Positions 20,259 to 30,502 are shown, numbered from the stretch's first letter. The stretch: DNA of 64,000 bases from a bacterium (GCA_043812655.1 JBDRLW010000030.1:47055-111054), one strand, 5' to 3'. The notes: generated by a model from the sequence alone, not told the origin. Numbers and translations are program-made.

Positions 20259-21454
20259 AAATATTCGTCTCTGCCGGCGAGGTTTCGGGAGACGTTCACG
20301 GCTCATATCTAGTCAAGGAACTTAAAAAGCTTAAGCCTGACGCCGTCTTTTTTGGGTTAGGCGGAGAGAAGCTGGCAGAGGCTGGCGTTGATATTCGTTT
20401 TAATATTACCCGCCGCGGTTCAATCGGCATTTTAGAAGCTCTCCCTAATATTATTCCAATTTTTTCGGTTTTCCAAAAAGTCAAAAAACTTCTATTACAA
20501 GAAAAACCCGACCTGGTCATCCTCATCGATTCACAAGGTATTAATTTTCCGATCGCCAATTTTTGTAAAAAGATTGGACTTAAGACTGTTTATTACATCG
20601 CCCCTCAAGAGTGGCTATGGGGAACGCCGCGCGGCGTCAAAAAGGTTGCCGACGCCGTCGGCCTTATCGTCGCTATTTTTGAGAGGGAATATGAGTCCTA
20701 TAAAAAAGCCGGCGCCAACGTCATCTTTTTCGGCCATCCTCTAATTGATATCGTTAACCCTTCTCCGAATGGCTCGACAGGACTTCGACGAGATCAGTCG
20801 AGTCGCTCGCCATCCCAGCCATCCCGAGCTCTGCCGAGGGACTCCCACCTCCCAACACCCAACGTAATCTCCCTCTGCCCCGGCAGTAGAACACATGAAA
20901 TAAAAAACCTCTTACCCATCTTGCTCAAATCAGCCGAACTGATCCAAAAAGAAATTCCCGACGCCCACTTCATCATTCCAGCCGCCAGCCATGATTCTTA
21001 TAAAATAATTAACTCCTTCATTTGTAATTTGTCATTTGACATTTGTCATTTGCAAGCGCTCGAGTCCGCCTCGTATGATGCCCTTGCCTCCTCAACGCTT
21101 GCGCTCTGCACCTCCGGCACGATCAACCTGGAGGCCTCGCTCTTAGGTACGCCAAACATCATGATCTATAAGCTCTCTCCACTCACTTATTGGATCGGCA
21201 AGCATATTTTAAAGATCGATAAAAAGCTTAAATACTTCTCTATGCCCAATATCCTGCTTGACAAAAAAGTCATTCCGGAGCTAGTCATGGCTGATGCCAA
21301 CCCAGAAAAGATTGCCGCCGAAGCCCTTTCCATTCTAAAATACCCTGATAGATCAGCAAAAATGAAGGCCTCTTTTGAACAACTTAAAACCCTTCTTGGA
21401 GCCCCTGGCGTAATCGCCAAAACAGCAAAAGCAATCCTCAGTCTATCCTTCTAA
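20255..21454 (+). CDS. lpxB: Lipid-A-disaccharide synthase
   Basis: [47 protein letters not shown]. Confidence 0.95.
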   Translation: MKIFVSAGEVSGDVHGSYLVKELKKLKPDAVFFGLGGEKLAEAGVDIRFNITRRGSIGILEALPNIIPIFSVFQKVKKLLLQEKPDLVILIDSQGINFPIANFCKKIGLKTVYYIAPQEWLWGTPRGVKKVADAVGLIVAIFEREYESYKKAGANVIFFGHPLIDIVNPSPNGSTGLRRDQSSRSPSQPSRALPRDSHLPTPNVISLCPGSRTHEIKNLLPILLKSAELIQKEIPDAHFIIPAASHDSYKIINSFICNLSFDICHLQALESASYDALASSTLALCTSGTINLEASLLGTPNIMIYKLSPLTYWIGKHILKIDKKLKYFSMPNILLDKKVIPELVMADANPEKIAAEALSILKYPDRSAKMKASFEQLKTLLGAPGVIAKTAKAILSLSF

Positions 21455-21482
21455 TCCCTATCCCCCTACCCACTCTTTTACG

Positions 21483-21509
21483 CAAGTTTTACGCATATTA
21501 ACACGATAA
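21483..21509 (+). promoter_or_regulatory. sigma28-like promoter
   Basis: CAAG-N15-CACGATAA; shares ACGCAAGTTTT with the 14581 site. Confidence 0.55.
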
Positions 21510-21558
21510 TATAAGTGAAGCCCTAGTCAAATTGCCTGTTGTTTATTGGGAGCAGTAA

Positions 21559-23721
21559 ATGGGGAGAATCGATTCATTAATTCAATACTTGGGATATAAA
21601 GGAGTAAGGCTTTCTCCCGCCGCTAAGCAAGCGCTTACAGAAGGCAAGGAAGTTGAGTGTCTCCTTCAAGGCGACGAAGTAAAACTTTCCTCTAAAGCAA
21701 CCAAACAAACCCACAAGCTCAAGCTTGATGATGGGCTCAACAGTGAAGAAAGGCTTGCCCTTGGCCTCTCCTACAACGAAGTTGAAGATAAGGCGGATCA
21801 ATCTCAATTCGATGAAGCCTCTAAGGCCCAAAAAGACGCTTTTGCTGATATATTAGAAGAAGACGAAGCCGAAAAGCTGCTTGGCTTGATCAAAGAATAT
21901 GCCAACGCTAACAGGCTTTCCTTTGAAGAAGCCGCCAAGTGCTTTTTTGCCAAAGAAGCCAGCGCAACTTATATTGACTATAAAGAAATTGACAAAAGAA
22001 ACGCCGAGGTTGAAGCCGCAATAACTCCGCGCCTTCCTGAATTAAAAGAAGCGCCGGCAACTTCTCCCGCCAAAACCCTAAAAATTAAAACCGCCAAAGA
22101 AGCCACTCGTGCCGCTTTTATTTCACAGCAAACCCCAGAGTTACAGACAGAGATTGGAACAACCTTTTCTTCCCCTGCGCCGAAAGACTATACCGCTGAT
22201 CAATTAGTTAGCTGGATGAGAAAACCGCAAGCAATAAAACTAAAAGACTTGCCGGTTGTGGCCGCGCCTGCCTCCATTACGCCGCCTCCAACCCCACCCC
22301 CTGTCGTGACGCTAACACTTGAGAAATATCTGAAAATAGCTGGCGAATGTCAAAAAGCAGGCGACTTTTCTGGGGCAATTAACGCTTTAAAGCAAGCTCA
22401 AGCATCGACCAGGCAAGACTATATAAAGCAGGGGATACAGGCAAGGATTGAAAAAATAGAACTTTTACCTCTAGCAGAAGAAGGAAAAACAATTGTTTTT
22501 GAACTTACAAACACGCTTATTATTCAAGAGGCTCCTCTCCTGGCCCATTATGAGAACTCAATTAAAGGGTTTAACTTAACCCCTTCAAACAAAGAAGAAT
22601 ATATGATTCTATTATCTGAAGCGCGCAAGGCTATTACGGCCCATAAAGAAGGCTTTGTCGCCGCATCCATAAGAAAAGAAGCTGTTCAATTGTTGGCTGA
22701 AGGCCATTACGAACCCGCCATAAAATCGTTTGAGTCTATTCCTGTTAAACAAAGGAATATTAATGACTGGTTAGGGCTCGGTAAATGCTACGAAAAGTTG
22801 GGCGACGACGAGAAGGCGATCGCTGTTTATCGCCAAGGAATTGGCTTGCAAGCCGACCCTACAGGCAAGGCCATTTTAGAACAAAACATTGCACGACGCT
22901 CATCTACCGACTTACCACCCCCACCCCTAATAGAAACAGAAGAACCCCCAATAAAATATGAAACAAAAAAGTTCGTTGTTACGGTTCCCTCAACAAAAGG
23001 CGAGTTTGTTGGGCCCCCTATACTTATTCCCCCTATCAAAACAGACTGGTTTACAAGAAACCCAGCTTTAACGTCCGCCTCCCCACGTCAAGCTGGCGCC
23101 CTTCCCGACACTGGCTGGATTGCCTGGCCTAATACATTGCCGCAAGCGCCAAAAGACACTCTATCAAACCTAAGAGGAGCTCCTTCCCCCGCACTTGTCG
23201 TTTCCGATATAGAAGCAAGATTGTTTACTAGCGGAAGAACAAGCCGCCCCTTCCTTGGGGTTCGCGAAAAAACAACCGCTCCTTCAACCAAACCTAAGGG
23301 TTCTTTACCCCCAACCAGCCTTTCTTTTTCTTCCGCGTCAAAAACCAGCAAAGCAGCCCTAGCGCTTATCGACCCTGATATTGATAATGTTCTTTCTCGC
23401 TATTCACACAAAAAAACAAATCTTTCATTAATCATTCGTTTTTATTCTGACAACGCAAAAAACAATAGGAAGATCATTGGCCTTGAGTTTGCCATCAAAG
23501 ATGCGGGTTCTTTATCCGCGGATGAACAACAGAACATCTTAGACGCGTTGAACAAGAGAGCAACAGAACGGCTTTCTGAGTTAAATTCTAAAATAAACGG
23601 CGACGCCTTATTCTTTAAAATTAAAGATAATAACCTTGGCCTTATTTTTTCTGGCGTAAAAAGGATAGACAAAAGCTATCAATTAACCGGTGATCAGATG
23701 ATCTTAACTTCTCGAAAATAA
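21559..23721 (+). CDS. Hypothetical protein with TPR-like helices and Pro-rich linkers
   Basis: WLGLGKCYEKLGDDEKAIAVYRQGI TPR-like motif; PPPTPPP tracts; no Sec signal. Confidence 0.65.
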   Translation: MGRIDSLIQYLGYKGVRLSPAAKQALTEGKEVECLLQGDEVKLSSKATKQTHKLKLDDGLNSEERLALGLSYNEVEDKADQSQFDEASKAQKDAFADILEEDEAEKLLGLIKEYANANRLSFEEAAKCFFAKEASATYIDYKEIDKRNAEVEAAITPRLPELKEAPATSPAKTLKIKTAKEATRAAFISQQTPELQTEIGTTFSSPAPKDYTADQLVSWMRKPQAIKLKDLPVVAAPASITPPPTPPPVVTLTLEKYLKIAGECQKAGDFSGAINALKQAQASTRQDYIKQGIQARIEKIELLPLAEEGKTIVFELTNTLIIQEAPLLAHYENSIKGFNLTPSNKEEYMILLSEARKAITAHKEGFVAASIRKEAVQLLAEGHYEPAIKSFESIPVKQRNINDWLGLGKCYEKLGDDEKAIAVYRQGIGLQADPTGKAILEQNIARRSSTDLPPPPLIETEEPPIKYETKKFVVTVPSTKGEFVGPPILIPPIKTDWFTRNPALTSASPRQAGALPDTGWIAWPNTLPQAPKDTLSNLRGAPSPALVVSDIEARLFTSGRTSRPFLGVREKTTAPSTKPKGSLPPTSLSFSSASKTSKAALALIDPDIDNVLSRYSHKKTNLSLIIRFYSDNAKNNRKIIGLEFAIKDAGSLSADEQQNILDALNKRATERLSELNSKINGDALFFKIKDNNLGLIFSGVKRIDKSYQLTGDQMILTSRK

Positions 23722-23806
23722 TTTTTGTCACAGCCTTTTTCTTCGTTTGCTTCATTAATTAGCGCCCTTTCTACGCCTGTGCTTGTTGTGTTATAATTAG
23801 ACAATC

Positions 23807-24904
23807 ATGCCCGGCCAATTCTTTAACATTACCCGGCAAAATCAAGCCTTGGAAGCAGAGATCAACGAGGCAATAAATAAAGTTGTCAAATCCGGCCACT
23901 ACATCTTAGGCGAAAACGTTGCTGCGCTGGAAAAAGAGTTTGCCGCGGAAAACAAAACCAAATTAGCCATCGGAGTTGCTTCCGGGACCGACGCCCTCCA
24001 TCTGGCATTATTGGCTTGCGGCGTAAAGGAAGGCGATGAAGTCATTACTTCGCCCTTCACTTTTGTCGCCACCGCCGAAGCGATCGTTTATTGCGGGGCC
24101 AAACCCGTCTTCGCGGATATCGACCCTAAAACCTTTAATATAGACGCTAGCCAGATAGGCGCTAGGGTGACGGGAAAAACGAAAGCCATTCTACCTGTTC
24201 ATCTCTTCGGACAAGCCTGTGAGATGGATAAGATCATGGCGATCGCCAAACAGCACAACTTAAAAGTCGTCGAAGATTGCGCCCAGGCGTTTGGCGCGGA
24301 ATTTAACGGCCAACCAGTCGGGAGCTTTGGCGATGCCGGCGCCCATTCTTTTTTTCCAACGAAAAACCTTGGCTGCTTTGGTGATGGCGGAATGATCTCG
24401 ACTAATGATGAAGCCTTAGCCAATGAATTAAAGGTTTTGCGCGCCCACGGCAGCCGCCAAACCTATCACCACGATATTATCGGCTTTAACAGCCGCCTCG
24501 ATGAACTACAAGCGGCGATCTTGAGGATCAAGCTTCCTCATGTTAAAGATTATATTGCCGCCCGCCGGAAAAACGCGGCCGCTTATTTTGCCCAGCTGAA
24601 AAACTTAGCCGGAGCGACGCCGCCCTTTGAACATCCGTCGGGAAAACATACTTATAACCAGTTTACCCTCCGGTCCGCGAATCGCGATAATGTCGTAGCG
24701 GCGTTAAAGGGGCAAAACATCGGCGCAATGATCTATTACCCGCTCTCTCTTCACTTACAAAAAGCTTTTGATTGTCTGGGCTACAAAAAGGGCGATTTTC
24801 CTGTCGCCGAAGCCGCCCAGACTGAAGTTTTTTCTCTCCCAGTTTATCCTGAATTAAAACCCGAAGAACTTTCAACTGTTTGCGGTGCCCTACTTTCATG
24901 TTAA
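23807..24904 (+). CDS. DegT/DnrJ sugar aminotransferase (GnnB/WbpE-like)
   Basis: SGTDALHLAL, PVHLFGQ, EDCAQA, SFFPTKNLG, NSRLDELQAA. Confidence 0.92.
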   Translation: MPGQFFNITRQNQALEAEINEAINKVVKSGHYILGENVAALEKEFAAENKTKLAIGVASGTDALHLALLACGVKEGDEVITSPFTFVATAEAIVYCGAKPVFADIDPKTFNIDASQIGARVTGKTKAILPVHLFGQACEMDKIMAIAKQHNLKVVEDCAQAFGAEFNGQPVGSFGDAGAHSFFPTKNLGCFGDGGMISTNDEALANELKVLRAHGSRQTYHHDIIGFNSRLDELQAAILRIKLPHVKDYIAARRKNAAAYFAQLKNLAGATPPFEHPSGKHTYNQFTLRSANRDNVVAALKGQNIGAMIYYPLSLHLQKAFDCLGYKKGDFPVAEAAQTEVFSLPVYPELKPEELSTVCGALLSC

Positions 24905-25815
24905 AAGGTTCTGGCCTTAAATTTGGCCTGATCGGTGCCGGCTCAATGGGCAAAAATCATGCTCGCATCGCCGCCTCACTCCCTGGGCTCCGCTTTGTTG
25001 GCGTGGCCGATGCTAATCTTGAAACAGCCAAGGCGATGGGCGAAGAATATGGGATCAAGTCTTTTGCCAATTTTCATGAACTTCTTCCCGAAGTTGACGC
25101 TCTTTCCATCGTCACGCCGGCGGCAGCGCACTTTGAAGTCGCTTCAGCTTGTATAGCAGCCGGAAAACATTTATTAATTGAAAAACCCTTTACCGGCGCT
25201 TCGTCTTTGGCCAGAACCCTTGTCCATCAAGCCAAAGAAAAGAATGTACTTGTTCAGGTCGGAATGATCGAACGGTTTAACCCCGCGTTTGTTCGCTTGG
25301 TAAAAGAAATTAAAGGCGAAAAGATTATAGGCGTTGATCTTAAGCGGTTTTCTCCTTTTCCAGAAAGGATCTCTGATGCCAACGTTATTTTTGACATGAT
25401 GTTTCATGACCTTGACCTGCTCCTCGCCCTTCTTCCCGGCGAGATCGAAGCGGTCAAGGCCAAAGGAGAAAAGATCCGGACCAAAAAACTTGACCGCGTG
25501 GTGGCAACGGTAACCTATAAGACAGGAACGATCGCTCGCATCGACGCCAATCGCGTTTTTGATTCCAAGGTGAGGAAGCTTGCGGTCACTACGGATAAGT
25601 CTTTTATCGAGGCGGACCTGCTAGCCAAAACTGTTTACATCCGGGACTTTTCTTCCCCTACCCCCAGCGCCTTGCCAGTTAAGCCTGTTGACCAATTGAC
25701 CGAGGAGCTCAAGTCTTTTTCTTTAGCAGTTAAAAATCAAACCCCTCCGCCGGTTACCGCCGAAGGGGCGCTTAATGTTATAATGCTAGCGGAAGAAATA
25801 GAAAAAGCATGTTAA
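24898..25815 (+). CDS. Gfo/Idh/MocA oxidoreductase (GnnA/WbpB-like)
   Basis: GAGSMG, IEKP, ERFNPA, DMMFHDLD. Confidence 0.88.
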   Translation: MLKGSGLKFGLIGAGSMGKNHARIAASLPGLRFVGVADANLETAKAMGEEYGIKSFANFHELLPEVDALSIVTPAAAHFEVASACIAAGKHLLIEKPFTGASSLARTLVHQAKEKNVLVQVGMIERFNPAFVRLVKEIKGEKIIGVDLKRFSPFPERISDANVIFDMMFHDLDLLLALLPGEIEAVKAKGEKIRTKKLDRVVATVTYKTGTIARIDANRVFDSKVRKLAVTTDKSFIEADLLAKTVYIRDFSSPTPSALPVKPVDQLTEELKSFSLAVKNQTPPPVTAEGALNVIMLAEEIEKAC

Positions 25816-26852
25816 TTAGCATCTTATCTTTTGCCGTTGTTTTCACGATCATTGCCGTCACCCATGAATTGGGCCACCTTATCTATTCAAAGCGGAACGG
25901 CATCCGCGTCCACGAATTTGGCCTTGGCTTTGGCCCTCGTCTTTTTGCTCACACATATAAAGGGACCATCTATTCCCTTAACTTGATCCCTATCCTGGCG
26001 TTTGTTCGGATAGCTGGCGAGTCGGACGACAAAGATGATGTTGATTGCCCTCTAAGCGAGAGTTATATTTCCAAAACACCGTGGCAAAAGTTCCAAGCGA
26101 TCGCCGCCGGGCCGTTTTTAAATATTATTGCCGCCATGCTTATCCTTTCTGCTCTTTTTCTTGTTACTGGAATTCCCGCCGGCCTATCAAATGAGATCGG
26201 CATAGTCAGCAAGGACTCCCCCGCCGATTTAGCCGGCCTTAAGTCTGGTGATAAATTATTGGCGATCAACGGCCAAGCCTTTCCTAAGATGGAAGAAGCG
26301 ATAAGTTTTATTCATAAAAGCGGCGGGAAGAAGCTCTCTCTCTCAATTGAAAGGGCGGGTAAAAATTTTTCCGTTTACGCTGTTCCCAAATATAATGAAA
26401 AAATGAAGGTTTCTCTCTTAGGGTTTACCGCTAACGCGGTTTATAAGCGGGTTAACCCCCTCTCCGCCATTTATCATGGAATAACCCAGGCCTTATCAAT
26501 GGTTGCCATGACCATTTTTATTGTGTGGCGCCTCTTTACGGGAGGGGTTTCCTTGTCTGATATCGCTGGCCCGATCGGGATAGCTCAAATCACCGGGAAA
26601 TATGCCCAAACAGGACTTGTTTCTTTGTTGTATTTTACGGCTTTTATCAGTGCCAATATTGGAGTAATTAACTTGCTTCCCCTGCCAGCGCTAGACGGGG
26701 GCCGCCTTGTTTTTGTCTTGCTCGAGGTTATTCGTCGTAAGCCACTTAGCCCTCAGCTAGAAATGAAGATCAATCAATGGGGAATGCTTTTTCTTCTTGC
26801 TTTAATGGCCCTCGTCTCATTTAATGATATCCTTCGTCTCTTTAAACACTAG
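25809..26852 (+). CDS. rseP: Site-2 zinc metalloprotease with PDZ domain
   Basis: HELGH, AAGPFLN, PDZ domain, NLLPLPALDGG. Confidence 0.93.
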   Translation: MLISILSFAVVFTIIAVTHELGHLIYSKRNGIRVHEFGLGFGPRLFAHTYKGTIYSLNLIPILAFVRIAGESDDKDDVDCPLSESYISKTPWQKFQAIAAGPFLNIIAAMLILSALFLVTGIPAGLSNEIGIVSKDSPADLAGLKSGDKLLAINGQAFPKMEEAISFIHKSGGKKLSLSIERAGKNFSVYAVPKYNEKMKVSLLGFTANAVYKRVNPLSAIYHGITQALSMVAMTIFIVWRLFTGGVSLSDIAGPIGIAQITGKYAQTGLVSLLYFTAFISANIGVINLLPLPALDGGRLVFVLLEVIRRKPLSPQLEMKINQWGMLFLLALMALVSFNDILRLFKH

Positions 26853-27700
26853 CTTCTCTCTTTGCCCCTGGCTGCCTTTACTGTGTTCTTTAAGAGCATT
26901 GCTATTGTCATCGGCCCAACTCCGCCTGGGACCGGAGTAATATAAGCCACTTTTTCTTTGGCTTCATCAAAGGCTACATCTCCTACTAGTTTTGTTCCGC
27001 GGTTCATGCCAACGTCAATTACAATGGCCCCCTCCTTGATCATGTTTCCTTTTATCATTTCGGGTTTGCCAATTGCCGCCACTAAAATATCGGCCCTTCT
27101 AGTAACCTCTCCCAAATCCTTGGTTTTTGAGTGACAAACAGTAACGGTCGCTTGGTTTTGTAAAAGCAGGATCGCCATTGGCTTGCCGACTATGTTGCTT
27201 CTTCCAACAACTACGGCTTCTTTGCCGCAAATATCTACCCCTGTGGACAAAATTAGCTCAATACAGCCCTGGGGCGTACAAGGAATGAACGGGGGTTCCT
27301 CTCCCTTTAGCAGTTTTCCCATGTTCATTGGGTGTAAACCATCAACATCCTTGTTTGGCGCGATCTCATTCAGCACCCGTCTTTCATCCAGTCCCTTTGG
27401 CAGTGGCAACTGAACCAATATCCCGTCAATCGAATCATCACCATTAAGCTTTTTTATTGTTCCAATCAGCTCGCTTTCCTTGATTGACAAGGGAAGCCGG
27501 AGGGTCTCCGACGCTATGCCAATTTCAGCGCAAGCCCTTTCTTTGTTTCTTACATAGACCTGTGAGGCCGGGTCCTCGCCTACCAAAACGACAACCAACC
27601 TTGGCGTCTTCTTCCCGGCCTTGGCCAACGAGGCCACCTCTTCCTTTATCCCTTGTCTTATCTTTTCTGCCAAACCCTTACCATCAATTATTTTTACCAT
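26849..27700 (-). CDS. folD: Methylenetetrahydrofolate dehydrogenase/cyclohydrolase
   Basis: YVRNK, KDVDG, PCTP, GRSNIVGKP, TPVPGGVGPMT. Confidence 0.97.
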   Translation of the reverse strand: MVKIIDGKGLAEKIRQGIKEEVASLAKAGKKTPRLVVVLVGEDPASQVYVRNKERACAEIGIASETLRLPLSIKESELIGTIKKLNGDDSIDGILVQLPLPKGLDERRVLNEIAPNKDVDGLHPMNMGKLLKGEEPPFIPCTPQGCIELILSTGVDICGKEAVVVGRSNIVGKPMAILLLQNQATVTVCHSKTKDLGEVTRRADILVAAIGKPEMIKGNMIKEGAIVIDVGMNRGTKLVGDVAFDEAKEKVAYITPVPGGVGPMTIAMLLKNTVKAARGKERS

Positions 27701-27703
27701 AAC

Positions 27704-27725
27704 TTATCCACACTCCTTATCCACA
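27704..27725. promoter_or_regulatory. Two perfect tandem DnaA boxes
   Basis: TTATCCACA at 27704-27712 and 27717-27725. Confidence 0.8.
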
Positions 27726-27734
27726 GGCTTATGT

Positions 27735-29072
27735 CTATTTGCCAACACAGAACCGGCTAAAAATTGATTCAATTACTTCAACCGAAACCGCCTCGCCGCT
27801 GATTTCTCCGAGCGCTATTATAGCAGAATGTAGCTCGATCGCAATAAGATCAATGGGTAGCTTTTTCGCAATTGCTTCGAGCCCCTTCTCCAACGCTTCC
27901 TTGCTCCTAATTAAACATTCCTTATGTCGCTCATTAATAGCAACTCCATCGATCAATTTATCCTGCCTCCCGTTCATTGCCAACATATAAATTTCTTCTT
28001 TTAGTTTCTCTATTCCCTCCCCGGTCTTTGCTGAAATCAAGATAAAGCCGGGCTTATCTGGATCATTAATTAAATCAATTTTATTGAGAACCTTAATCTT
28101 CTTTTTACAGGCCGCGACATTAATCTCCTCGTTGGCCTCATTTGGGCCCGTGGTTGCGTCGTAGACCATTAAAGCTATCTCAGCAATGTCTGCGGCTAGC
28201 CTCGCTCTTTCTATCCCGATTTTTTCCGCTTCATCATTAGGGTGACGAATTCCTGCTGTATCAATAATTATAAAGGGTAGGCCGTTGATGATTATTGTTT
28301 CTTCGATCGTGTCCCTGGTTGTCCCCGGCGTTTGGGTGACGATCGCGCGTTCTTCCCCAAGCAGGGCATTAAGCAGGCTTGATTTTCCAACGTTCGGCTT
28401 GCCTATTATTGCCAGCCGAAGCCCTTCCCTAAGAACCTTCCCCTCTTCCGCGGTTTGAATTATTTTATCAATTTCATTTATCCCTTCGTTGATCGCTTTC
28501 TTTGCTTGCTCTTGCCCTCTGTCGTTTACGTCATCGGGAAAATCTATTCCCGCCTCTATCTCTGTCGCTAATCCGACCAACCGCCCCCTGACCTCTCCTA
28601 TCTTTTTTCCTAGCCTTCCCTCAAGTTGCGCCATTGCGGCGTTTTTTGCTTTTATGCTTTTAGCTGAAACAATGTCAACCACCGCCTCTGCCTTCGATAG
28701 GTCGATCTTTCCGTTTAAAAAAGCCCTCTTTGTAAACTCGCCGTTCTTTGCTAATCTTGCCCCAGCGGTTATTAAAATATTTAGCACTTCTTCTGCAACG
28801 ATTTTCCCCCCATGACAAGATATCTCGACGGTATTTTCACCAGTGTAACTATTTGGGGCGGCTAAGAAATAAGCTAGGGTCTCGTCAATTTTTGTTGGTT
28901 TATCAGCGTTTTTTATCCAGCCGTGGACAACTTTATGAGAGGTTTTCAGTTCTTCAGAAAAAATCTTGTTAAATATCGTTAACGACCTTGGCCCGCTCAT
29001 TCTTATTGAGGACACCCCTCCAACACCACAAGGCGAAGTTATCGCAACAATCGTATCATCATGAATGTCCAT
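27735..29072 (-). CDS. mnmE: tRNA modification GTPase
   Basis: DTIVAI, GEFTKRAFLNGK, GKPNVGKSS, DTAG, FCVGK; start reassigned to MDIHDD. Confidence 0.96.
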   Translation of the reverse strand: MDIHDDTIVAITSPCGVGGVSSIRMSGPRSLTIFNKIFSEELKTSHKVVHGWIKNADKPTKIDETLAYFLAAPNSYTGENTVEISCHGGKIVAEEVLNILITAGARLAKNGEFTKRAFLNGKIDLSKAEAVVDIVSAKSIKAKNAAMAQLEGRLGKKIGEVRGRLVGLATEIEAGIDFPDDVNDRGQEQAKKAINEGINEIDKIIQTAEEGKVLREGLRLAIIGKPNVGKSSLLNALLGEERAIVTQTPGTTRDTIEETIIINGLPFIIIDTAGIRHPNDEAEKIGIERARLAADIAEIALMVYDATTGPNEANEEINVAACKKKIKVLNKIDLINDPDKPGFILISAKTGEGIEKLKEEIYMLAMNGRQDKLIDGVAINERHKECLIRSKEALEKGLEAIAKKLPIDLIAIELHSAIIALGEISGEAVSVEVIESIFSRFCVGK

Positions 29073-29075
29073 AAA

Positions 29076-29200
29076 TGTTTCACGTGGAACATTGTTTAAT
29101 TGTTTCACGTGAAACATTCTATGCCTCCATTAGTCTAACTAAAACATACCCCACAATTGCTTGTGGGGTATAGGCTAAATAATATGTTCCACGTGGAACA
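29076..29200. promoter_or_regulatory. parS: Cluster of three parS sites
   Basis: TGTTTCACGTGGAACA 29076-29091, TGTTTCACGTGAAACA 29101-29116, TGTTCCACGTGGAACA 29185-29200. Confidence 0.92.
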
Positions 29201-29206
29201 TTGTTT

Positions 29207-29824
29207 TTACTTAGGAGAAATTACGATCCTTCGATCTTTCCCCTCTCCCCTACTCTCTGTTTTTATGTTTGGGTTTTCTGCTAATGCAAGGTGTATCATT
29301 CTTCTGTCCGCCGGCTCCATATATGGCAACACCTTTTCTGTCTTTGTTGATTCAACCTCTTCAGCAACCTCCTTGGCAAGCTTGCTTAGAACTTGTTCTC
29401 TTTTTTCCTTATATCCTCCAGCATCAATGCTTACCCTTGTCCTTCTCCCCATTATTTTGGAAACAATTGAGCTAACAATAATTTCCAGGGCTTTTAACAT
29501 AGCCCCCTCTTTACCAATGATCCTTCCCATGTCCTCCCCTTTTACGTCTAGAATTATTGTTTCTCCGTTAAGCTTCCCTTCCGCCGCCGCCAATAACCCC
29601 ATTTTATCTAATATGTTTTGCAGCACCTCTCTCGCCTCTTCCGCCTCTCCGCTCTTTACAAAAACTTCAACCTCTGATTCTTCTCCACCCAAAATCCCCA
29701 TAACTGCCGGCTTCCCTTCATTAATAACTTTTACCTCTATCTGCTCCTCTCCCACCCCAAGAACCTCAATCGCTGCCTTTTTTGCTTCCTCAACCGAGCG
29801 GCCTTTCATTTTCACGCTTTTCAT
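29207..29824 (-). CDS. jag: Jag/KhpB RNA-binding protein (Jag_N, KH, R3H)
   Basis: GRSVEEA, IIGKEG, RRMIH; SD GGAGG upstream of ATG 29824. Confidence 0.92.
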   Translation of the reverse strand: MKSVKMKGRSVEEAKKAAIEVLGVGEEQIEVKVINEGKPAVMGILGGEESEVEVFVKSGEAEEAREVLQNILDKMGLLAAAEGKLNGETIILDVKGEDMGRIIGKEGAMLKALEIIVSSIVSKIMGRRTRVSIDAGGYKEKREQVLSKLAKEVAEEVESTKTEKVLPYMEPADRRMIHLALAENPNIKTESRGEGKDRRIVISPK

Positions 29825-30462
29825 TATTTCCTTCCTCCTACTTTCTGTGACATTATATATGATTGTTGTGCCCAACCCATTAGGTTTGATATTATCCAGT
29901 ATAGTTGCACCCCAGCCGCAAAGTTATAACTAATAAATGTAATAAAAATTGGCATGAACATCAACATTGTCTGGTTCTGCCCCGGCGTAGTTGGCATCGA
30001 CTTTTGCGATAACCACGTTGTAACACCGATTAGAACCGGTAAAATATAAAATGGGTCGTGTACGGCTATGCTGTTTATCCATCCAGGAATAAAAGATGCA
30101 TTGTTCCCAATTAATGATATAAACTCCTTGCTTTGTAATGTCCAAAATAGAGCCAAAAAAAACGGTATCTTTAACAGGACCGGAAGACACCCCCCCAACG
30201 GGTTAACTTTTTCAACCTTATAAAGATCCATCATCTCTTTTTGCAGTTTTGAGGGGTCGTCCTTGTGTTTTTCCTGTAACTCCTTAAGCCTTGGCTGAAC
30301 TCTTTGCATTGCGTGCATTTGCTGCATTGACGACAACGTGAGAGGATAAAGAGCAAGATTAACCGCTATTGTTAACCAAATTATAGCCAAGCCATAATTA
30401 TGGCCACCAATAGCGTAAAAAAACTTCAGAACTTCTAAAAATATGCCCGTTACTGTTTCCAC
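29824..30462 (-). CDS. yidC: Membrane protein insertase (short form)
   Basis: NYGLAII, QPRLKELQEK, NPLGGCLP, LYWIISN. Confidence 0.93.
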   Translation of the reverse strand: METVTGIFLEVLKFFYAIGGHNYGLAIIWLTIAVNLALYPLTLSSMQQMHAMQRVQPRLKELQEKHKDDPSKLQKEMMDLYKVEKVNPLGGCLPVLLKIPFFLALFWTLQSKEFISLIGNNASFIPGWINSIAVHDPFYILPVLIGVTTWLSQKSMPTTPGQNQTMLMFMPIFITFISYNFAAGVQLYWIISNLMGWAQQSYIMSQKVGGRK

Positions 30463-30484
30463 TTAACCCTCCTTTTAACAAAAT

Positions 30485-30500
30485 TGTTTCACGTGGAACA
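30485..30500. promoter_or_regulatory. parS: parS site
   Basis: TGTTTCACGTGGAACA between yidD and yidC. Confidence 0.9.
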
Positions 30501-30502
30501 TT

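Noticed and set aside
29073..29117. N-terminal extension MFHVKQLNNVPRETF of MnmE in the ORF track
   Set aside because: It is simply the translation of two parS palindromes; homology starts at MDIHDDTIVAI
29076..29200. Repeated 16-mers as a possible CRISPR array
   Set aside because: Too short, irregular spacing, match the parS consensus, and no cas genes in the window
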